DNA of 64,000 nucleotides from a bacterium (GTDB lineage Bacteria > AUK180): the NCBI GenBank assembly GCA_023144005.1, contig JAGLGN010000006.1:80799-144798 (forward strand), written 5' to 3'. The position numbers were made by a program, and so were the translations under genes. The notes under the pieces were generated by a model. The model ran no database searches. It saw only the letters and a program-made list of their open reading frames with translations, and had not been told where the DNA came from. Below are positions 1 to 11,200 of this stretch, piece by piece (position 1 is the stretch's first letter; each line of letters starts with the position of its first letter).

Positions 1-573
1 ATTATATCCCTGTGAAGAAGCTTTGTGTAGCGCAGTGCTTTTTGTGAATATTGCTTTATTTACATCTTCAGTTTCAATAAATTTCTTCACTGCATCTATA
101 TCATTTCTGAATACGGCATAATACAATTCATCTGTTTCGATAACTTCATTTTTAATAGTATCTACAATAAATACCGATTGCCTTATTAGGGATTGACCAA
201 TGTATAATCGGTATATACCTTTTTCCTGGGTCTTTTCCATATGACACCAGTCTTTAGGGTTATTTGACGTCCCAAATGCCCAGGCACCGGCGTCAGCATC
301 GAAAAAATGGATCTCTAATTTCTTCTTTTTACCGTTCTGTTCGATATACAGATATGATCTGATATGTGCAAAAAGCATTTTCATTCCAAGTGTAGGACCG
401 GAATCTATTGTGATTATTTCCAAATAATAATGCACTGGCCCTTCCTCGGTCTGAAATGTTTGTTTTTCATTTACCCATCTTCCTCTACATCCTGAAGAAG
501 AAATCAGAATGATCAAAACAATACTTGGCAATATTACATCTTTCAGCAGCCAATCCCTACTACCAATCTTCAT
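1..573 (-). CDS. Ankyrin-repeat lipoprotein, candidate immunity protein for the upstream RHS toxin (3'-partial, runs off the window)
   Basis: Not in the ORF track because there is no stop in the window. ATG at 573 lies 1 nt after the RHS stop (575-577). Manual translation: MKIGSRDWLLKDVILPSIVLIILISSSGC (lipobox-like Cys) ... ELYYAVFRNDIDAVKKFIETEDVNKAIFTKSTALHKASSQGYN, matching the ankyrin consensus (LxxA..g...vk.Ll...dvn / TaLHxA..G). The frame is open for 191 codons to position 1. Confidence 0.8.
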   Translation of the reverse strand, partial: MKIGSRDWLLKDVILPSIVLIILISSSGCRGRWVNEKQTFQTEEGPVHYYLEIITIDSGPTLGMKMLFAHIRSYLYIEQNGKKKKLEIHFFDADAGAWAFGTSNNPKDWCHMEKTQEKGIYRLYIGQSLIRQSVFIVDTIKNEVIETDELYYAVFRNDIDAVKKFIETEDVNKAIFTKSTALHKASSQGYN

Positions 574-574
574 A

Positions 575-3500
575 CTATTTTCCGGTCCTTTTTTTAAGCA
601 TCTGGTCCCAAACATGTTTCGAAAGCATATTCGAATGATGGCTTTCGCCAAATAATAATGCTTTGGTAGCAACTTCAATATCTTTTGCCTTATCATCTGT
701 TCTTCCCGTAAAGAAAAATGAAAAAGCCACAGCATTCATGTAGCAGTTAGTGCCTAGAAATTCTGTAAGTATTGGCCCGCCGACTAATTGAACTCGATCT
801 TTGTTGGAATAGACATTGTAGTAGTTGACAACATTACTCATATCCATTTCGTAATCGACCCTTTGCGGGGTTGCGAAGGTAATAATAGTTTGTACTTCTT
901 GTGAAAATGAGGGGGAGGCTTCCTTTACAATATTCCCTCCGTGGCTATGCGCAATTATATGTATTTTTTCATTTCCAATTATTGTATAGTTATCAATATA
1001 TTCAAGCAAGGCCTTAGCGCCTGCGGTTCTTGCCTCTGGAGTATTAGCTTCAGAAAGTGATGCGGGCCAATAAATTGGATGAACTGGATTGCCTTCGTCC
1101 CCAAGCGATCTCTGAATATAATTCATATACTCTTCATCCGGAGTCCAAGATTCATCACCAGACCCCGTACCCTTCACGGTAATTACCACATATCCGGCAT
1201 AATCAATATTGGATAATGGATTATTACTTCCGTAAATATATCTGTTTAAAGATTGAGGATTGGCGGAGCTTCCAATGAGTTTATCCTTTGAAATAAATCT
1301 GCCTAATTCCGAAAAGTAATACCTTGCTCCGAAATTGTCGAGGCCCGTTTCAATGTCCCTTTCCTTTCCTGTAAATAAATGAGCCTCTTCTTCTCCTTGA
1401 GATAGGATCATATTTCCGAACGGATCCAATGTATTTTCAGTAACTATCTCCCCAAGCTCATCGGTAATGATTATATTATTGCCTATATAATCCTGATGAT
1501 AATATGCTATGCTTCCAGTACTATTTTCTGCCAATGTAATTCTATTTCCTGCGTATACAAAAGTATTTTGTCTTGCACCGGTTTTATCGTATTCTTCGAT
1601 TACATTTCCTCCAATATCATAGATATAGATCGTTGTATTGCCAGGAGTTGTCTTAATTATTCTCCTTCCTTCGCCATCATAAGCAAATGATATTGAATAT
1701 TCAATAATCCCGGGTTGATTCAAATCAGGCTCTCCCGGATTTTGGAAATCCACTCGTGTTAGCAAATTATCATAGTTATAACTAAATATTTTTTTCTTGA
1801 CTTGACCACTTAGATTAGAGACCGTTTCCGAAATAATATTTCCATTGTTGTCATATACATAATTATGCGTACTTCCATTGCTACCTGAGTCAACGGTCAT
1901 TGTGCTCAACTGATCTGAATTTCCCGTGTAATTGTAGCCAATATCTTCATAACTGGATTGCTGAGACACTCTATTTCCAGTAGAATCATAAGCGTAGCTT
2001 GCATCATTGGCGTCAGGATAATCCACCGATGTAAGCCTGATCAGTGGATCATAAGTATAATTAGTGGTACTCCCGTTAATTTTAGCCCTAGAAATAATAC
2101 TACCGTTCTTATCATAGTTAAAATCGTCTTTATACATTAGTTGATTAATTCCTTTAAATATTTGATGAGAATCAATCAATCCTCGAGCGTTGTAAGTAAA
2201 TTTCGTTGTTGAAATTGTTCCGTAATTAGAAGTTAATTCCTTTTGTGTAACATTCCCGAGGTTGTTATATTCATACCCAGCTATATCTTTATTATCGTAC
2301 TTGATTGTATCCACCCATCCATGATCGTTCCTCTCATATAATACTTTCTTTCCCGATGGATAAGTTATTTCCTTTAATTCACCAGTCTCATAATATATAT
2401 ATGTTGAAATATACTCTGCATCGTTAATAGTATCCTTTTTCTGGACAAATCTCCCCATAGAATCATAGACATATTCTGTGCTACTCTCTATCTCTAGTGG
2501 GGATTCCGGCAAACTATAATATGATATTTTCTCCGTTAAATCATTATCAAAATACTTAAAGGTTTTTTTCGTGTCATCTGGGTATTTTCTTTCTATTATC
2601 CGATTGAAGTCATCATAATCGAGATAAATTTTGTTATCATTCATGTCTTGTGTATACTCTACGAGGCTAGATGATATATACGAGGTATGCTTAATCAGGC
2701 CTTCGCTGCATCCATCGTATCTATCGTATATATCATAATTTATATCTGTAATGAATCCTCGAGCATTAGTAATCCGTGCTATATCATTAAACATTCCATT
2801 GTATTCGTACGTTGTGACTCCATTTGTACCTGGTTCATCACAACGGATTATTCTTCCAATCTTATCCATAGTGAAAATCGTCTGATTACCTTCCGGATCC
2901 TTAACAATCTTTTTCATATTGCCATCATCATATGTAATTGAAGAATTTGTCCCATCAGGATAATTAATCTGAATCAATCGATATTGTTTATCATATACAT
3001 ACTCTGTTGTCTTTTTCTCAGCATCAGTAATTGTCTTGATCTTTCCACCAGGATGATATGAGTATGTCGTTGATAACCCAGCTTCGTCAATTTTGATGAG
3101 TCTTTTAATAGAATTATAATAATAGGTTGTGACTCGACCTGCGTCATCAACGGTTACTATATTATTAATATCATCCAACGTATATGAAATATTTGTTTTG
3201 TCCGGCCTTGTTTCATTCAACACTCTCCCAAGATTATCATAGTTGAATTCACTATAATTCCCAAGATTATCAAATTCTAGCTTGATTAGACCATTGGGAT
3301 AATACTCATACTTATTAAAAAGTTCACCATTCCTACGTACTTCCGTAAGATTTCCTTCAGCACTGTACGAAAGAGAATGTACAAGATCTTCATTCAACTC
3401 AAATTTCTCGGTCACAAGACCCTTGCTATTGTATGAAAATCTTGTGTCGGAAATTTGTGCAAGATATCGTCTCTCTATATTTCCCCTAATATTTCCCTCA

Positions 3501-5026
3501 TCATAGTATTCTGTATTTATTTCGATATTATTTCCATTCAATGTTTCACTTTGTCTAGTTTGCAGGCCGATTATGTACAGCCCTGTTGGGGTCTCCGAAT
3601 TGAACTCATCTATATTTAAATAAGTATAAGTGTAAATATATGACAACGGATTTGTATATAAAGTTATATTACCGTAAGCATCATATTCATATGATTCAAG
3701 ATAATCAATTTCTTGATCATCTTCTGGAGACTTTCGAGTTCTTGTTGCTTGTTCAAGATTTAGTTTCTCTTTATCAACCCAATCCTGATGAGGAGGTCCA
3801 TCAATAACCCAGTCATTTACAGTAACAACACCGGGTTGCTCACTTCTCACCATTTTGAATGTATAAATAAATTCTCCAGCAGCTTCAGTGTTATTAATAT
3901 AGAATTTTTCAAACCAAAATTTGCTCAAATATCCGTTTGGGTCGGTTACTTCCGTATAATGAAGGTATATTCTACCCCAATAAGGATCTGCACATGCTTC
4001 ACCTTCATCATATGTATTTTTCACTAGATCAAATCTATATGTAGATACTTCATCTGAATTTTCTGCACTTTTTAGAGTTTTTGTAAGCTGCAATCCTTGA
4101 AGAAATTCAGAAGTACAAATACTGCCGTTCAATTTTTCCTCGTTTTCAATTGTATCAAATGACAGGTAGTCATATTTAACAATAGCACCAGATGAATATG
4201 TAATTTCCGTAAGCTTCCATTGGAAATCATTGTAAATATCTGTATCATAGAGCTCATAGGAGTACTTTGTTTCCCGGCCATTTGGATTAACGACTTTTGT
4301 TAATAACGAATTATCGTCATATTCATATGAAAAAGATATTTCCACCTCTTCATGATTCTTATATTTAATTCTACTGATCAAACCCTTATCGGCATCGAAA
4401 TATTCAAATGTGTAGTCATATCTCCCCGCTGAATCAAATACCGATACTATCTGAAATGGTGGCAAGGGACTTCTAATTAATCGAATATTATTATCATTCT
4501 TGTCCAGAATCTTTATTGGAAGTCCATGAAAATTGAAGGTAATCTTCGTCCCATTTGGTTTAGCTAATACCCATGTATTAGTTGTATCTTCATATATCAG
4601 TTTATCGCGGACTCCTGGCTCCAATGGGATTCCCTCATCTGACGGGTGTCCCGTCATGAAATAGGTTTGTCGAGAACCATCTCCATAGATTACTATGGCT
4701 TTATTACTTGCGCTGGGATAATCTGTTTCAATACGATTAATTCCATTTACACTGAACGACCATTCGCAATTCTGATATCGCAAATTGCTATTATATGTTC
4801 TAGTAATAATTAATGGGATTCCAACTCCAGGTGCTGAAACATCTGTGTGTCGAATAATAATATTACCGTTAAACAGATTAATATCCTCTTCCGTACGATC
4901 GCTGGCAAATGCCTGCAATGGAGAATAACCAAGTCCATTTACACCCGGTTCAGTCGGCTCTGCAACTGAATAGCAATTAAGCCCGATTATTAGAAGTAAT
5001 AATACAATTGAAAATTTAGTTTTCAT
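575..5026 (-). CDS. RHS/YD-repeat polymorphic toxin with Sec signal peptide and C-terminal alpha/beta-hydrolase (lipase-like) domain
   Basis: N-terminal signal peptide; DUF6531-like start (INLFNGN..TD..PG.G..L.ITRTYNS); many YD repeats; RHS core FTGKERDIETGL.NFGARYY...GRFISKD...NRYIY..NNPLSNIDYAG; C-terminus with HIIAHSHGG nucleophile elbow, TFATP, a downstream Asp (NKDRV) and His residues. Confidence 0.92.
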   Translation of the reverse strand: MKTKFSIVLLLLIIGLNCYSVAEPTEPGVNGLGYSPLQAFASDRTEEDINLFNGNIIIRHTDVSAPGVGIPLIITRTYNSNLRYQNCEWSFSVNGINRIETDYPSASNKAIVIYGDGSRQTYFMTGHPSDEGIPLEPGVRDKLIYEDTTNTWVLAKPNGTKITFNFHGLPIKILDKNDNNIRLIRSPLPPFQIVSVFDSAGRYDYTFEYFDADKGLISRIKYKNHEEVEISFSYEYDDNSLLTKVVNPNGRETKYSYELYDTDIYNDFQWKLTEITYSSGAIVKYDYLSFDTIENEEKLNGSICTSEFLQGLQLTKTLKSAENSDEVSTYRFDLVKNTYDEGEACADPYWGRIYLHYTEVTDPNGYLSKFWFEKFYINNTEAAGEFIYTFKMVRSEQPGVVTVNDWVIDGPPHQDWVDKEKLNLEQATRTRKSPEDDQEIDYLESYEYDAYGNITLYTNPLSYIYTYTYLNIDEFNSETPTGLYIIGLQTRQSETLNGNNIEINTEYYDEGNIRGNIERRYLAQISDTRFSYNSKGLVTEKFELNEDLVHSLSYSAEGNLTEVRRNGELFNKYEYYPNGLIKLEFDNLGNYSEFNYDNLGRVLNETRPDKTNISYTLDDINNIVTVDDAGRVTTYYYNSIKRLIKIDEAGLSTTYSYHPGGKIKTITDAEKKTTEYVYDKQYRLIQINYPDGTNSSITYDDGNMKKIVKDPEGNQTIFTMDKIGRIIRCDEPGTNGVTTYEYNGMFNDIARITNARGFITDINYDIYDRYDGCSEGLIKHTSYISSSLVEYTQDMNDNKIYLDYDDFNRIIERKYPDDTKKTFKYFDNDLTEKISYYSLPESPLEIESSTEYVYDSMGRFVQKKDTINDAEYISTYIYYETGELKEITYPSGKKVLYERNDHGWVDTIKYDNKDIAGYEYNNLGNVTQKELTSNYGTISTTKFTYNARGLIDSHQIFKGINQLMYKDDFNYDKNGSIISRAKINGSTTNYTYDPLIRLTSVDYPDANDASYAYDSTGNRVSQQSSYEDIGYNYTGNSDQLSTMTVDSGSNGSTHNYVYDNNGNIISETVSNLSGQVKKKIFSYNYDNLLTRVDFQNPGEPDLNQPGIIEYSISFAYDGEGRRIIKTTPGNTTIYIYDIGGNVIEEYDKTGARQNTFVYAGNRITLAENSTGSIAYYHQDYIGNNIIITDELGEIVTENTLDPFGNMILSQGEEEAHLFTGKERDIETGLDNFGARYYFSELGRFISKDKLIGSSANPQSLNRYIYGSNNPLSNIDYAGYVVITVKGTGSGDESWTPDEEYMNYIQRSLGDEGNPVHPIYWPASLSEANTPEARTAGAKALLEYIDNYTIIGNEKIHIIAHSHGGNIVKEASPSFSQEVQTIITFATPQRVDYEMDMSNVVNYYNVYSNKDRVQLVGGPILTEFLGTNCYMNAVAFSFFFTGRTDDKAKDIEVATKALLFGESHHSNMLSKHVWDQMLKKRTGK

Positions 5027-5057
5027 TCCTCTCTCCCAATTTATCTACATATGCTAT

Positions 5058-5087
5058 ATTATACACTTAATCGTTATTTAAAATCAA
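5058..5087 (-). promoter_or_regulatory. Putative sigma70 promoter for the RHS gene
   Basis: Minus strand reads TTGATT-18 nt-TATAAT, followed by a GGGAGAGAGG ribosome-binding region before ATG 5026. Confidence 0.5.
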
Positions 5088-5185
5088 TAGAATCTCGTCT
5101 CTTTTTGGAAATTCTCAAGTTAATCAGAATCATGCAGAAACCCGTTACTCTTTTGATGTAAAATTGATTGAAAACAATAATTTCA

Positions 5186-5205
5186 GGGAGGGTCGAAACC
5201 CTCCC
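5186..5205 (-). terminator. Hairpin downstream of the giant protein gene
   Basis: GGGAGGGT-cgaa-ACCCTCCC, a perfect 8-bp stem with a UUCG loop on the minus strand, 10 nt past the stop at 5216. The U-tract is weak. Confidence 0.55.
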
Positions 5206-5215
5206 CGTTTATACA

Positions 5216-8200
5216 TTATCTGATGATAGCGAATTTATAGTAATCCGATCCGGCTTCCGTCTCTATGACCAGTATATAAACACCCGATGCGAGCCTGTTG
5301 TCGTCATCATTGGTGGTATCCCAGTCGATCGTAGGATTGCCGGGATCTGAAATATCGACATCCGCGGTTTCAAATTCTCTGACCTTCTCTCCCGCGACAT
5401 TGTAAATAGCCATGGTATCAAAGAGCGCAGGAATGTGATCGAAGAATATCTGCTCTGTAGTCACGGCAGGATTAGGATAGATCCTGACATCTTCAAAGAC
5501 AAATGCCTTGCTCTCAACATAGCCGTACAAGCCGTATGTGGAGAAGTGATTCGTCTGAATGGTCAATGTATTCGCGTCAACATCCACTTCACCGCCGATG
5601 AGCTCCCATTGTGCGGGAGACAGCGTCGAATTGTAATACCAGACCTTGAGATTGCCTTCGTACACAGTGCTACCGTCAACATAGCCGTCCTGATCCGCAT
5701 CCGCATATGCGATGACCATCGTAACGGGCTCGTCAAATGTAATTCCGGCGTCATCCGCGTAGAACTCTCTGACCTCACCGGTCTCGACCATCTTGTCATC
5801 TGTTACCGCAGGGACAAAATCAGGAGGTGATACCGAAAGTGAAGTATTGTCCTGAAGCGCATCCGCGGGAACATGTACCTGAGTAAAGGAATTGTCAAAG
5901 AGGATACCTCCTGACGGGCCTACCTCGACCTGTGTCTCAATGGGCAAGATCGAAAGCGTGTATGTGTCCCCTACCTTTGTAATATAGGTTATCTTATCAC
6001 CGCCGGCGGGTGCCCAGCTCATGAACGCTTCATTGAAGGAATTGTTCCCGATGATCTGAGGAATAAAATTAACATCGGCATCATCGGTAGCCAGCACAGG
6101 ATCATCCCAATTTGTCATATAGGTATTGAAATTGACACCTGTTAACGAATCGGTAACTGCTGTACCGGATGAAACATCATTGAATATAGCATTGTCAAAT
6201 AGGTCGTTCTCATCCTGCACATAGGAAATTATACCGCCATTCTCATTGTTTCCAAGTGACCAGGAAGGTGACCATTTGGGAAGAGTATTATATGCGGCGG
6301 AAGCATTCCCCGGAGCATGAGTGACAAGTGTCATTCTAGCATCTCCAAGCACGGTAACCATATTGGACGGGCTGCCCGTTGCTTCACCGATTGCGGTATT
6401 AATGATCTCTTCCACATCGTTAAGAATGTATATCTGAGTAGAATCATCTGTCCTGGATTCGTAAACGAAAGCCACTTTCAGCTCGTCCGCGTCCGGATAA
6501 CCGGCCGCCGGTCCCCACCACCATTTCGGCTGGAGACATCTCGATGCTGTGGCAGAATATTCGTCGGAAAGATGCGTCAGTTTGATAACAGATAGATCCT
6601 GATTATCCGCATCGATCGGGAGCGCGCCAAGATCTATCGCATAAAGGTCGCCACCGATGGTGACCACCAGACGATCTGTCGAGTCCGGCTGCTGCGCGGC
6701 GGGACAATAATCAGGGTCATACCATCCATGCCATGTATCCGTTGTCAATTCAACTGGAGAGCCGGTGCCATCGTCAAGTCGCCTGAAAAGCCGGGAATGG
6801 TCTTCTGCGCTGTTATATGTCGCATAGTAAATATAACCGTCCGTGCCCCATGCGATCTGGCTGAAGTATAATACATCCTCAAGATTTGTGGTCAATTGCA
6901 CAGGGGAATTCGATGTATTGGAAACATCAAGCGTGTACACATTACAGACACCGTTTGAATCAGAAACATAAGCCACTTCTGTGCCGTCAGGTGACCACAC
7001 AGGGAAGAGATCGTATCTTCCGCCTGTAACCGTGGTCGCATCGAAGTTATTAACCTCATTCACGGCGATATTGATCCCGGATTCATAAGGAACCATAAAT
7101 TTAGCGGTGAACGGAGCGACTATTGTAGTTCCAACTCCAAGGCCGTCCAGTATCGTTTCAGATACCGCTATCGTATATGTTTCACCGGGAATGAGATCCA
7201 GTCCCGGAATAACGCGGAGCACTCTGTTGTCGGTAAGGGCATAGAAAGAATCAACGCCGGGATGAGGAGCACCGCTGTCCTTTGTCAGGGAGTATGCGGT
7301 CGTATCGCCCAGGGTATAACTGTCGAATGGGGCTGTGAATTCAACATTGATCTCTTTATATTTATCAGATGCTGTGGTATGTACCGAATACGCTTTTTTC
7401 ACCGTAAGCGGCGGATATATCGAGACATCTATCGTATGCACAGCGGATCCACTCAAAATAGAAGGATCATCAACAACCGTTACTCTGAGAGTTCTCGGTA
7501 CCTGTCCGGTCGTCGGCTCATAGTCGATCAATCTTACCGTGCCGTCGCTGCCCACAAGGGCGCCGGTAACGGATACATCGTTGCCGCCGTCCACATTCGT
7601 GGCGCCGGTAAGCGTTGTTGTGTCAATATCTTCAGAGTTATCCGCTACAAAATCATCGATCGTAAGTGTAATATCCAAAGTGGCATTGGGATCACCCTCA
7701 GGCGCTTGATTGCCGTATTCATCGACAAGCCGTATGGTGAAGGTCGCGGAATCTCCTACCAGTATACCATTGGAGAACGGGCCTTCAACCTCAATATGAT
7801 CTCCCGCAAGAGCAACAAGGTTTACCTCGGGTGAATCATCGTATGGATAGACAATGTCGCTTCCGGAGAATTTTGTTCCGAATGGGAAATCGTTACCGGA
7901 TGCCTTCGTACCCACCGTAATGTCATTTCCCGTTCCATATGTCAGGACCATTGTTTCATTCTGTGACATCGAAACGATCGGAATACTGATATGATTCCCC
8001 GAAATAGAGAATGACCCTATTACCGCGTCTTCGCTGGCAGAAATCGATATAAATGAGGTATCGGGTGCTGTCCAGCCGTCCGCAACGGGGAGAATATTGA
8101 TAGATACAACGCCATCTGAAACAGGGCATTGAGGTACAAATCTGAATTGCCATTTCGTGCCGGAATCCAGTATATCATGAGAAGATGTTAAGGTATATGC

Positions 8201-11200
8201 AAAACCGGCGATCGTATCGCTGACCTGCATAATTCCCGTACCGTCATAATCCAGAACATTGGCGGCACCCGGAGAAAGAGTAGTGGTCCTCGCCCAATCA
8301 TATAGATTATCAGAATCCGAGGCAAGTGATATTCTTACCAAAGAATCAGAGTAATTGTATAAAGAACTGTTGGAACAGTCTGATTCCTGCGGAGAAGCAC
8401 CTTCGATCAGCCATTGGCCTTCAACTACAAGAGTCGGAACATCCCCCGGGATATCCGTACCGACACCGTCATCATTTGCCCAGACCGCACAATCATAATA
8501 AACCGCTCCGTTCATCAAAGCCGCTTGGTCATCCGTATCGGTCAAGGGCGTATCATCGACATAAAGGTCAACAAATCCGTTGCCGTTCGTATCTCCGGTA
8601 CCGTCTGTCTCATCCGGTTCTCCTACGATCCAGTGGACTACAACATAGTCGCCCGTATGAACGGTAACAGCTGAACCAGCAAAAGAGGTATCCGTACCAT
8701 CCATGTCCGTGATCAAAAAGGAAGAAATGTCGATACCGGCACCGCCGACATCTTTTATGTATAATTCAACCCAGTCATGAGTTCCCCAATAATCGGAACT
8801 TGTAGAGCTGGATTCAAAATTCACTTCTGAGATCAATATTATTCCGTCAAGAACCGTAACGACGGGATTATTGGCAACTTCATAAGGGAATTCGCCGACT
8901 ACCTTTGAACCTGAATAGTATATGTATCCGCCGAGAGCAGCTGGAGAAGTAACGCTTACGAATTCAAGCGCCGAAGTAGCGCCGGGCTCAAGGTAATCAC
9001 CTGTAAATCCATCGACCCAGATTGCAGTACCGCCGCCGGCCGCCGCACCGTAAGTGCCGACAGTATGCAAACCGCCATCGGTTCCAAGAAGGTTTATCGT
9101 CCAGCCGTTGGGATCGCCGAAGGCCGCAGGGACAACTGTATAATACATCTCGATCGGCTCTGTTGCGGTCACAAATTCCAGCGTAAAGTCATAAGAAGTA
9201 CTTGGCCGGACCTTATTCGGGGTCACGAACATCTTTCCGCTTGGTACAGGAGTTGTATTGGGCATACCCGGGGTCGGGCTGCCGTTGGCAATAACACTCC
9301 AATCAACTTTATCGTTTGTGTCTGTGGAATCACCGTCTCTGGCAATACTTCCGTTCGTACCGTCATTATTGATGCATACTGCGTCATTCTCGCGGTCATC
9401 AGCGGACACGGAACCGACAATACAAGAGCCGGGGGCATAATCATACCACTCGCCGTTTTCCTGAGCGGCGTCAAAGAATGTCGTGGTTGCGGACCAATTC
9501 CCGGGGCAGCTCGTCCAGTCAGCCCAGGCGACAAAGTCAAGGATGTGATCGCCGGAATCTTTTAATGTCAGATACGAATCACCGCTGCTGAGAGCGAGCC
9601 CATTATCATAGATACGGGCAACATTGTCAACGACCTGTGCTTCCGAATCATTTGAACCGGTCGTCCCTTCGATGAGAAGGTACTGACCTGTTTTTATTAT
9701 CACACTCGGAAGTGTAACCTCCGCACCGTTCTCCTCATAAATTATATATCCGTCCAGATCAATACCGTTACCACCATTTGTATCGTCAAGGCAGTAGATT
9801 TCGATCCAGTCCCATTCCAATTTAATGCCTCTGAAATAATTAATACTGGTCGTGGAACCGTAATAGCAGACCTCATTTATTACAAGAAGCGGAAGGTTGG
9901 CATTTCCTGAGCCGGGAGTAGGCGAGCCCTCTATCAGCCAGTCCTCTATCTGATTATTGTCAAAACCATCGGACTTCCTGGCAAATGAATATAATTCTTT
10001 CGCAACAGGGTCCAAAAGATCTGAATTAAGGAAATCTGTTGTTTCGACAGTACCCAATACAGCATAGTCCTCCCATTGATTATTGTCGATAAGGATCGTG
10101 AAATCTGTCGTTTCGCCGGTTCTGAATGAGGCATCACCATGCTCCGCCCATCCGACCGCGTCAACAAATCTGTCCAGATTATCCTTTAGTACCACCTGCT
10201 CATCTGTCGCTATCATCTGACCGTTTTCAGCGCCGTTCACATAAATGTCCCATTTCGTATCACCTTTGCCTGTACCATCCGTCTCGTCTGTTGAACTTAA
10301 GGGCGTTTCCCATGTAACAAGAAGCAGATCGCCGTCCGCAAGTGTGATATCCGGCAGCACCTTGATCTTATCATTCGGAGTATCGCTGTCGCTGAATCTT
10401 GTAAGATACCAGTTCTGTACATTTATTGGTCCGCCGGAAGCGCAATATATCTCTATCCAATCCTCTGTATTATCGCCTCTGAAGAAAACTTCATTAATAA
10501 CAACAACACCCGCCCTAATATTTATAGCCGGCGTGGGTGAGACCTCGGAAAGCTCTGGTGCATTTGGATTTGAATCCCAGTCAACCTTTGTAGTAAAGGC
10601 GGTGGGGCCGGCTGATGACGGTGAAGTGAAATTTGTGAATACGAAATCCACAGATTCAGTACCGCCGGTACCGCCGGATATGATCTCCTCTGTCGAGGGA
10701 CATATGAGTTTTACCCAGGTACCGCCCGTTTCGGCAGTAAATGTGACATCGGTAACAAGATTGTAATAATGACCGTCATTTCTTTTTACGATGGTATTCG
10801 CCGAAGACGGCGCGGGAGACCATGTATCCGGAAACCATACACTCACCTTGGTCATATTATCACCGGAGGTGCCGTTATGTGTTACGGTCAATGTAATTGT
10901 TTTCACTTCATTGGTCGAACATGTAAGCGGGACTATATCAGCATCCGCCGGAGTAATATTCGCCGAAGGGCCATAACGCGCTCTGAATTCCTGATAGAAT
11001 TCATTCGCTACATTGGCGTCATGTATAATGATCGTATTCTCATCATTGTCGCCGGTAACATCGGTAGCGTTTGTCCAGTTAGTCGAACCCGTAATGACCA
11101 CAGGGTCCGAGCGCACGCTGTCACAGTCGATTATCATATATTTATGGTGAAGAAGGCCGGGGACACTGTCTTTTTTGACATCCATACCGTCAGCGACCAT

